This document shows positions 56,547 to 64,000 of a stretch of DNA of 64,000 nt, in pieces. Location: IMG/VR virus record IMGVR_UViG_3300042256_000025; one strand, written 5' to 3'. A program made the position numbers and the translations under genes. The notes beneath the pieces are model-generated. The model was not told the DNA's origin and ran no database searches. It worked only from the letters and a program-made list of their open reading frames with translations. Origin of the DNA: a virus. Its lineage: Duplodnaviria > Caudoviricetes. Numbering within the stretch: the first letter of the stretch is position 1; every line of letters starts with the position of its first letter.

Positions 56547-58586
56547 ATGGCTACAATGATTAAGAACGCATCCCCTCGTCCGATCCTCACTGGTATTCGG
56601 GACGAATCGGGTCGCGCCTTACCCGTTATCCGGGAACAGATCCCTCAGCACCTCCCACTCTTCTACATCCAGACCCAACGTGGTCCCATTGACCCTCAGC
56701 TGGTGTCTGGCGGCGACATGCTGGAAATGTACGGCCGTAAGTCGTTTGAAGAGCGGTCTAAGTACTTCTCTCACCAGACCATGGGTGTCACCACCTGTAA
56801 TGGTGCGGGCAATGCGGTCTTCATTAAGCGTGTACTGGCAGACAATGCTGCCCGTGCAGGTATGGTCTTCTTCCTGGAACTGGTGCCTGATGATGTCCCT
56901 CAGTACCAGCGTGATCCTGATGGTGAGGTCATTCGTGATCCGTCTGGCGTTAAGCTGATTGACGGTAGCGTCACCGTAGACGGTTACAAGATGCGTTGGG
57001 TGGTTGAGCCAGTAACGGACATCAACAACCTGCGCGGTGAATTTAAAACCAACGGTACCTTGGTTGGTCGTGCAGGTGAAACCGCACAACGTTTCCCGAT
57101 CTTTGCCTTCGGTATGTACTACGGTGAATACGGCAACAACATCGGCATCCGCTTCTCCTTCCCGGGACCGGCCACCAGCGATCCGGCTGACCTGTCTCTG
57201 GTTGACTCTGAGCGTGCCATGATTTACCGTGCCCAGTGGGTAGAGCGCGATGATGCCTTCTCTCTGCCGCGCACCACATACAGCATGAACGCTGAGCCAT
57301 TCGTTGACTTTACGTTGAAGGAGGGCGTGGTAAACCCGAAGACGGATCAAGAACTGGCGATCGGTCGTATCAAGTCCGATTACGAGAACATTGAGCCGAC
57401 CTCTGGTTTTATTCCCAAGCACGGTCCGATTCAGGACATGCATATCTACCAGGAGAACATCGAAGAGATCCTGGAGATGCTGTTTGAGAAAGAAGTTGCA
57501 GCCGGTGGCCCTGTCGTTGACAAGCATCAGCTGAACATCTTCAACTGCCTGGATTACAACGGTAACGACCATTACAGTTTTGTACTGGATGCGTCTACCG
57601 CGACAATGTCCGGTTCCACTGTTCACTATGGTCAGGGCGGTTCTGATGGTGATGTGAATGAAACGGTACTGGATGAGCTGGTACGGGATGAATGTTTGTA
57701 CAACTGGGAGAACATTGACTACCCGTTGCTGGACTCTGCACGCTACCCGTTGAGCGTGGTTTACGATACCGGTTTTAGCCTGGAAACCAAGAAAGCTATC
57801 ATCAACGTTCTGGCGTATCGTAAGGATATTTCAGTCGGCATCTGTACGCAGGATGTCCTGAACCGTCCGAACAGCATTTCGGAAGAAACTTCCGTGATGA
57901 CCGCCCTGCGCGCGTACGCACGTCTCATTCCGGAATCAACCATTCACGGTACTCCGGTCTGCCGCATGGTGTGCATTGGACATGTAGGACGTAAGCAGTA
58001 CAGCAACTACAAGTACAAGGTACCGTTGATTCACGATCTGATCGAGAAGCGTGCCAAGTACATGGGTGCGGGTGAAGGTCGCTATAAGACGCGTTTTGCG
58101 TATGATGTCGCTCCGGCGAACCGCGTGGAAACCATGTCTGAAATCAACCACCCGTGGAAGCCTGAGATCGTACGCTCACGTGATTGGGAACTGGGCCTGA
58201 ACTGGGTGCAGTTTGCTGACCGTCAGAGCCTCTTCTATCCGGCACTGCAGACCATCTACGATGACGATACCTCTGTACTGAACTCTGACATCAACATGCT
58301 GATCGCAGTCGATGTTGTGAAACAGTCCGAAGAAGTCTGGCGTCGTATGACCGGTAACACCACCTATACCGACGAGCAGTTCATCGAACGGTGTAACCGT
58401 GAACTCTTGTCCCTGGTAGAAGGTCGTTACGACAACCGTGTTACCATTGTACCGAACACCTACTTCACTGAAGCGGATGAGGCACGCGGATACTCGTGGA
58501 CCATGGACGTAGCGATTTACGCTAACAACATGCGTACTGTGGGTATCATTAACGTTATTACTCGCCGTAGCAGCGATTTGGACTAA
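56547..58586 (+). CDS. Tail sheath protein (phiKZ gp29-like)
   Basis: NASP..GIRDES, PQHLPLFY, YDTGFSLETK and FYPALQTIYDDDTSVL. Confidence 0.88.
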   Translation: MATMIKNASPRPILTGIRDESGRALPVIREQIPQHLPLFYIQTQRGPIDPQLVSGGDMLEMYGRKSFEERSKYFSHQTMGVTTCNGAGNAVFIKRVLADNAARAGMVFFLELVPDDVPQYQRDPDGEVIRDPSGVKLIDGSVTVDGYKMRWVVEPVTDINNLRGEFKTNGTLVGRAGETAQRFPIFAFGMYYGEYGNNIGIRFSFPGPATSDPADLSLVDSERAMIYRAQWVERDDAFSLPRTTYSMNAEPFVDFTLKEGVVNPKTDQELAIGRIKSDYENIEPTSGFIPKHGPIQDMHIYQENIEEILEMLFEKEVAAGGPVVDKHQLNIFNCLDYNGNDHYSFVLDASTATMSGSTVHYGQGGSDGDVNETVLDELVRDECLYNWENIDYPLLDSARYPLSVVYDTGFSLETKKAIINVLAYRKDISVGICTQDVLNRPNSISEETSVMTALRAYARLIPESTIHGTPVCRMVCIGHVGRKQYSNYKYKVPLIHDLIEKRAKYMGAGEGRYKTRFAYDVAPANRVETMSEINHPWKPEIVRSRDWELGLNWVQFADRQSLFYPALQTIYDDDTSVLNSDINMLIAVDVVKQSEEVWRRMTGNTTYTDEQFIERCNRELLSLVEGRYDNRVTIVPNTYFTEADEARGYSWTMDVAIYANNMRTVGIINVITRRSSDLD

Positions 58587-58598
58587 AGGGGATAAACA

Positions 58599-59465
58599 AT
58601 GAGTAACATTCTTGTAGCCGAAGACCATTCCCTGTCGGCTGGTCGTACACGCGCCTTGAATGGCGCTGTCGGCGGCCAGCAGGGCGCCATGTCGGACCCC
58701 CGTAACTGGATGTCCAGTGCCACGTACGTCAAGCAGAAGCTGATTCCGGTACTGATTGAGGCCCCTGGTCACATGGTGTACATGGACAATGGTGCGGATC
58801 GCATCAAGATCCTGAAGGCTCTGGTTGAGTTGATGGCCACCTCCATTACAGGTCTGACCAGCACACTGGAAGTGGAATATGGTGAGCACCGCGTGTCTAA
58901 TGCTGGTGAGTTCCATGAGACCATGACCAACGTGAACCGTGCTCGTTCAGTGCCGTCCTTCGTATGGCCTGAGAAAGAGGGTATGGCGGTTTACAACTTC
59001 TTCAACGACTGGATCGTTGAGTTGTTGGCTGATCCTGAAACCATGCACCCTGGGCTGGTAAACAAAACCACGTATCAGGAAGCGGGTTATCCGGAGTTCT
59101 TGCCGGACGCGATCTCTATGACCGTATTGTTCATTGAACCGTCTCGTGACCTCAAGCGCATCACCAATGCGTGGCTGTGCACCAACATGATGCCAAAGTC
59201 TTCTGGTACTAACGAAGGCTCCCGTGTTATTGGTGAGGCGAACGAAACGGTTGAACAGACCATCGGGTTCACGGCAACCACTCAGATAGGTAAAGAAGTA
59301 ATCCGTCTGGCTCAGACGTACCTGGATGAGCTGAACAAAACTGGCTTCCAGCCGGCTGCGCTGCCTGCTGCGTATGAGGAAATCTCAGCCGACGTTAATG
59401 TCGACTCTGAGGACTACAAACGCAAGCTAGATGCGGTCGGCACCGCTGCAGTGTCTCAAGGTTAA
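58599..59465 (+). CDS. Tail tube / major virion protein (phiKZ gp30-like)
   Basis: Follows the sheath gene; TVLFIEP and AWLCTNMMPK. Confidence 0.8.
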   Translation: MSNILVAEDHSLSAGRTRALNGAVGGQQGAMSDPRNWMSSATYVKQKLIPVLIEAPGHMVYMDNGADRIKILKALVELMATSITGLTSTLEVEYGEHRVSNAGEFHETMTNVNRARSVPSFVWPEKEGMAVYNFFNDWIVELLADPETMHPGLVNKTTYQEAGYPEFLPDAISMTVLFIEPSRDLKRITNAWLCTNMMPKSSGTNEGSRVIGEANETVEQTIGFTATTQIGKEVIRLAQTYLDELNKTGFQPAALPAAYEEISADVNVDSEDYKRKLDAVGTAAVSQG

Positions 59466-59474
59466 GCATAGTGC

Positions 59475-59504
59475 AATCCCCATGGGCTTCGGCCCATGGG
59501 GATT
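59475..59504. terminator. Bidirectional terminator
   Basis: AATCCCCATGGGC-TTCG-GCCCATGGGGATT. Confidence 0.8.
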
Positions 59505-59511
59505 TATGCGG

Positions 59512-59895
59512 TCATTCAGTTTTAGCGCCACTTTCATTGTCAAGGGGATAGTCTTTTAACTTCTCCAGTCCATTTTGAATAAGTAAATCGGCCAGTGAAT
59601 CTTCACGCATGCCTTCGGGCGACATTAGATATACGTCTGCTACATAACGCCCATAAACACCAAGTTTATGTGTTACAATAATAACGTCTTTACCTTCGAT
59701 AAGGCTACGAACAAAGTCAGTGGCTTCCTTACCGTGTGTCCGTTCTGCCTCACAGGAAGGGCGATAGGTTTCAGGGGTATCCACACCGTTTAATCGAAAG
59801 GTGTGTTCAATTGTAATGGAGAAGCCAACGTCCACCGAAAGTACATAAGTGTCTCCATCAATGGTTCTCAACACCTTAGCTTTATACTCATACAT
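59512..59895 (-). CDS. Thermonuclease (SNase-like)
   Basis: MYEYKAKV.RTIDGDT, FRLNGVDTPE and YGRYVADV; start placed after GAGG. Confidence 0.88.
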   Translation of the reverse strand: MYEYKAKVLRTIDGDTYVLSVDVGFSITIEHTFRLNGVDTPETYRPSCEAERTHGKEATDFVRSLIEGKDVIIVTHKLGVYGRYVADVYLMSPEGMREDSLADLLIQNGLEKLKDYPLDNESGAKTE

Positions 59896-59977
59896 GTTAA
59901 AATCCTCAGTTAGGTACAGAGGATCTAAAGAAAAAAAAAAGAACCGTATCCACCCACCCGAAGGCGGGTGAATTAAA

Positions 59978-60127
59978 TCAGTCGTCATCGGGTCCATTGT
60001 TGTAATAGGCTATATCCTCATCTTGAGCCTCTACATCAAGCTCATCTTCGTCTTCCATTTCTTCCTCATCATCAAATGGGAAACAACCCTTACGCAGGGT
60101 AAGGTATTCTTTTTCAAAGTCTTTCAT
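59978..60127 (-). CDS. 49-aa highly acidic miniprotein (below the ORF-track cutoff)
   Basis: RBS AAGGAGG; MKDFEKEYLTLRKGCFPFDDEEEMEDEDELDVEAQDEDIAYYNNGPDDD; flanked by hairpins. Confidence 0.7.
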   Translation of the reverse strand: MKDFEKEYLTLRKGCFPFDDEEEMEDEDELDVEAQDEDIAYYNNGPDDD

Positions 60128-60187
60128 TACTATCCTCCTTATGTGTTTAAAGAGTGCCCACCCCCCTGAAGGGAGTGGGGGTATAGT

Positions 60188-60589
60188 TTACCCTACCAGC
60201 ATACGGCTGATTTCAGCCTGAGCTTCAGAGAGGAGTTCCTCACCGGTCAGGGTACGCTCTACACCGCTAACCATGGACCATTCGCCGTCCTCGGTGTTCT
60301 TATGGAGGGAGTGGTTGACTTCCACTCCGGGACCCATGTGAAAAGTACCGGTCACAAGGTCCGCATCCGGATTATCCTTAAGGTAGGACTCGGTTGCTGT
60401 ACCCAGCGCTTTTGCACTGGATACGATGTAGTCTGACTCGTACTGGCGTACGGCAGTCACCACTTCAGGGGTAACGTCTTCAGGGGCATTGGACCAGAAT
60501 GCCCCTTCATCAATCTCAACACTACCGTCAGTAACGGTGGTAAGTTCGGTCAGGGCGGCTGTCAGGTTCTTAATGGTATCGTTAGACAT
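60188..60589 (-). CDS. Acidic early protein
   Basis: 133 aa; RBS GGAG; promoter at 60647. Confidence 0.7.
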   Translation of the reverse strand: MSNDTIKNLTAALTELTTVTDGSVEIDEGAFWSNAPEDVTPEVVTAVRQYESDYIVSSAKALGTATESYLKDNPDADLVTGTFHMGPGVEVNHSLHKNTEDGEWSMVSGVERTLTGEELLSEAQAEISRMLVG

Positions 60590-60646
60590 TGTTTTCTCCG
60601 TTAAATGTCATTGGTGAGAAGAGTATAGTGCACTGTACTCCCCTAA

Positions 60647-60656
60647 GTAATATAGG
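60647..60656 (-). promoter_or_regulatory. Early promoter CCTATATTAC
   Basis: Motif copy. Confidence 0.8.
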
Positions 60657-60673
60657 GGTGAACTATTATTGAA

Positions 60674-61141
60674 TTACGATAGGCAGCCGGCACGGCGCAC
60701 TTGAACAAGGGTCAGGTGCTCCAGTAGTAGCAGTATCACCAGATACGGTGCGGCCTTTAACTCTTCCAGGATTTGGCGACTGAGGGTAGGCCCTGGGTTG
60801 GTGTAGTGGATTACGGAGGCCTCTGCAAATTGCTCTGCGATTACCTGTAAACCTTTACTGCCAACCCTGACACTCAATCGACCATAGAGCAATCTAAGGT
60901 CTTGGATAGTGTCGTCGGTTAGTCCAGATAAGAAACGGCCATAGAGTACCTCATCCCCTAGGATCGCGAGGAGGGAGGGTGTACCGGCCGCCAGGGCATA
61001 AAGGCTACGGACATGTGTTTGTAGGGGTGTGGTCTTTAGTTTACGAAGTGTGGCCCTGGATGCAAACGCAGCCTCTAATATCTCCGTCAGTATCTCGGTT
61101 ACCTGGTTGAGGTCAACGTCGACGTCATTACGTTTAATCAT
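60674..61141 (-). CDS. Hypothetical protein
   Basis: 155 aa. Confidence 0.6.
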   Translation of the reverse strand: MIKRNDVDVDLNQVTEILTEILEAAFASRATLRKLKTTPLQTHVRSLYALAAGTPSLLAILGDEVLYGRFLSGLTDDTIQDLRLLYGRLSVRVGSKGLQVIAEQFAEASVIHYTNPGPTLSRQILEELKAAPYLVILLLLEHLTLVQVRRAGCLS

Positions 61142-61650
61142 GGTGGGACTCAGGTGAGTTACGGTGACGTAAAAGGAAGCGTTGCTGCTGGTGTATTAAA
61201 GCAGGGGCACCCGTTACAACGATTGAGGCTAGACACCCAAGCTGTAATATCATAAGTGGCCAGTAGTAGCTGAAATCCTTTGCTAGAAGGGACAGGGTAG
61301 GCAACATCGTGATCGTAAATAGACTTACAATCAGATACTCATAAAGACACCCCTTCACCGTATCCTGAATGGGTTCACGCTCGCCAATGGAGAGCACAAA
61401 ATACGGGTTAACCAATACCAGTACCGATAGTGCGATGACGTAGACTGGATGCGTAATGCCGGGTATATAAAGCATCGCCATTGCCAAGAAAAAGGAATTG
61501 ACCAATACGTTGGTTAACAATAGTCCCATATGTGGCTTTAAACCAGGGTGTGCGACATCTTTAGGGGCGTAGATGTACGCAAGTCCCCAACCAATGACGT
61601 TAAAATAGATAAGCAGCTGTATAGCGGCCGTTGTTTCAATTGCGCTCATA
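61134..61650 (-). CDS. Multi-pass membrane protein (start about MSAIETT)
   Basis: About five hydrophobic segments; RBS GAGG; track ORF extends to 61751. Confidence 0.6.
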
Positions 61651-61656
61651 TGCACC

Positions 61657-64000
61657 TCAATAGTAGCGAAGGGTGGCGTGGTTGTTATAGTCTCTAGGTA
61701 CCACGATGTTTTGGGGTGATAAAACCAAGGTATCGGCATTGGCCAATCCACCGTATTCAGATGAGAAGTGATTTACCATGAAAAGCTGTTCACATTGCCG
61801 GGTGTCCAGCATATGTTTAACATACTGCATAAACCGGCCTCGGTGTGTATGGTCAAATGCTGCACCGACCTCATCCAGAAATAAAGGATATTGGCTCAGC
61901 CCTTTATATGCCAGCAGGACAACCGTGAAGGCAAAATTAATCACTTCTTGTTGTCCCTTTGAGGTTAACCCTATATCCGGTACAACCTCATCCTCGACAC
62001 GGACAGGGAACTTATAATCCAGTTTTCCCTTTTCGATGCCGCAGGGCAGGACCGACAGATCGTACTCCCAGATTGCACCGATCACTCGATTCATTTGGGA
62101 GACAAAGTCATTAATAAAGCCCTGCATCTGCTCAGCGATAAAACCATCCTTAGGTGAAAGCTCGTTCAGTAGCAGACTATACGCTTCCCGTTTACCCCTG
62201 AGCTCCTTTACATCCCCCTCGAGACGACTGATATGGTCCTCTAAATGCTTGGCTTTATTTACCCGCTCCGATATGCCATACAGTTCAGCCTCTAGTGTTT
62301 TAAGTTGCTCCTCCACACCTTGATAGCCAATGGCATTGCCATAGTCTGCAAAGGCTTCTCCCGCCTCTCCGACTGCGGCCTCAATCTCCGTGTGTAACGC
62401 CGTGAGCGTTTTAAATGTCGTAATCAGGGATTTAGTTTCATTCAGTTCAGCCTGTAACGTACGCTGTAATTTGAGAATATCCTCATACCGCGCTTCTAGA
62501 GCAGTGGCTTGTTCCTGTACATCCAGTCGACCCGCATCCTCAATCGTTTTAAGGGTCCCCTCAATATCGAGCTTACGTTTAATCAGCGTCTGATAATTAG
62601 CCTGTACCTCTAGCGTACGTCGATCACTGTCCAAGCGATCTACCACGGTACGTAGGTCGGCCTCAATATCCACCAATGACACGTATCCCAGTGTTTGGAG
62701 ATAGTCCATTACTGCAGGCTCTGCATCCAGTACCCGTTTAATACGGTTAACGACCTGTACGTAGTTACGGTAACCGGTCAATACGGATTCCTGCTCAGCA
62801 AGCTGCATGGAGAGGGTCTCCGCACGCTTACCCAAGGCTTCCACAGCATCCACCAATGCACTGAACCCAGCATCATCTAGTGCCCGTGCCGGATATACCT
62901 TTGTACTGCAATTTGGACAGGTTAGTGCACCTGAGCGATGATGCTCCGCATGAACCAAACGTTCCTGCTCCACCTTAAGTTGCTCACCTGTCTTTAGGTG
63001 TTCAGCCGCCAGTGCACGGCAGGTATCCTGTTGTGCGAGTAAGGTCGGGCGATCGCAGGGTTGATACTGATCGGGATAATCGATTGCAATGTCGTAGAGG
63101 GCCTTAGCGACATAATGTATCGGTCGGATAAGGTCTACAGAAACGTCTAGGGCTTTGGGTGTCCCCATTTTCTCCAGTGACGTTTCAATTTCCTTAAGCT
63201 CACGTCGAAGTCGATCGGTACCCGCATCGGTATTCTCCACCATCGCCTTATGTTTGTTCAGCTCATCCAGTTGCATCAGCACAGAGCGTGCTTCACCTTC
63301 TAACTGATGGTACTGTTCGGTAAGTCCAGACCGTCTTTCCAGTGCAGCGCCATAACTGCGTAGTCCGCCATTGGTGATGGACTTAACATCCTTCGCCTGT
63401 CGGATATACGCCAACAGCTCATCCCGTACCCTCAGTACCCGTTCACTGTACCTGGACATATCCACTTTCACATTTAAAGAATGAGGACGCAGGGCGAAGA
63501 TCGCTTGCTCTAAAACTGTATAGCGTTGAGCGGCCATTTCTCGATCTTCAATTAAACCGAGTTCCCGATGCAGTGATTCGATTTTGGTCTCTAGATGCTT
63601 GATGGCTCCAGTGGTGTCTCTCTGCCCCGTACGCAGGCGATCGTACAAACCTAGGGCGTATGTTAGGTCTAGATGTGAAATCGACATGAGGACGTCCTGA
63701 CGCTGTGCAGGCCCCATCTGTGTAAAGTGGGTTTCCTGTAGGAGCAGCTTCTGTAGCTCCGCTGTGTACTGTAGCTCCCGTTCCATGTGTTCTTTATAGA
63801 CAGGCGCTACCGCATCTTCACACAAGGGTTGTCCATCACAGATAAAGGTATGCTTAGCACTGCGGCTGTGTATCTTAGAGATACCAATATACTGCTTTCC
63901 CTGATGCTCCATATGAATCTCTTTATAGCCATCTTTGGTAAAATCACCCGGTGAAATCGGCATAGGGTTAAGTTGTCTAAGAAGGCTACTTTTACCTGAC
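61657..64000 (-). CDS. SbcC/Rad50-like SMC ATPase; 5' end lies beyond the window
   Basis: Frame stays open to the edge (SGKSSLLRQLNPMP, Walker A end); CPNC zinc hook, coiled coils, SKGQ signature, FLDEVGAAFD and VNH. Confidence 0.9.
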   Translation of the reverse strand, partial: SGKSSLLRQLNPMPISPGDFTKDGYKEIHMEHQGKQYIGISKIHSRSAKHTFICDGQPLCEDAVAPVYKEHMERELQYTAELQKLLLQETHFTQMGPAQRQDVLMSISHLDLTYALGLYDRLRTGQRDTTGAIKHLETKIESLHRELGLIEDREMAAQRYTVLEQAIFALRPHSLNVKVDMSRYSERVLRVRDELLAYIRQAKDVKSITNGGLRSYGAALERRSGLTEQYHQLEGEARSVLMQLDELNKHKAMVENTDAGTDRLRRELKEIETSLEKMGTPKALDVSVDLIRPIHYVAKALYDIAIDYPDQYQPCDRPTLLAQQDTCRALAAEHLKTGEQLKVEQERLVHAEHHRSGALTCPNCSTKVYPARALDDAGFSALVDAVEALGKRAETLSMQLAEQESVLTGYRNYVQVVNRIKRVLDAEPAVMDYLQTLGYVSLVDIEADLRTVVDRLDSDRRTLEVQANYQTLIKRKLDIEGTLKTIEDAGRLDVQEQATALEARYEDILKLQRTLQAELNETKSLITTFKTLTALHTEIEAAVGEAGEAFADYGNAIGYQGVEEQLKTLEAELYGISERVNKAKHLEDHISRLEGDVKELRGKREAYSLLLNELSPKDGFIAEQMQGFINDFVSQMNRVIGAIWEYDLSVLPCGIEKGKLDYKFPVRVEDEVVPDIGLTSKGQQEVINFAFTVVLLAYKGLSQYPLFLDEVGAAFDHTHRGRFMQYVKHMLDTRQCEQLFMVNHFSSEYGGLANADTLVLSPQNIVVPRDYNNHATLRYY

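Noticed and set aside
56619-58916. Long antisense ORFs (335 aa and 246 aa) over the sheath and tube genes
   Set aside because: Shadow frames produced by the codon bias of highly expressed genes; no RBS or recognisable motifs.

Overview
A 64 kb segment of a nucleus-forming, phiKZ-like jumbo phage (Chimalliviridae-type) genome. It carries the conserved core block: chimallin ChmA, PhuZ tubulin, a family-B DNA polymerase, nvRNAP subunits, a PicA/Imp1-like import factor, SbcC and SbcD, terminase, tail sheath and tail tube. It also has NrdAB, a dCMP deaminase and many accessory ORFs behind TATATTAC-type early promoters. The nvRNAP beta' gene is split inside its catalytic NADFDGD motif by a group I intron encoding an HNH endonuclease. 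The standout feature is a complete diversity-generating retroelement (DGR): target gene 36524-37819, avd, a 126-nt template repeat (TR) and a reverse transcriptase. The adjacent variable repeat (VR) differs from the TR at 16 positions, all TR adenines. About 21 kb away, between chmA and the nvRNAP beta' gene, lie three tandem stand-alone C-type-lectin-domain genes with VRs of the same family. Two of these VRs share internal non-adenine differences from the in-window TR, which points to a second or earlier template. Assignments to phiKZ gene numbers rest on remembered motifs and synteny; no searches were run.
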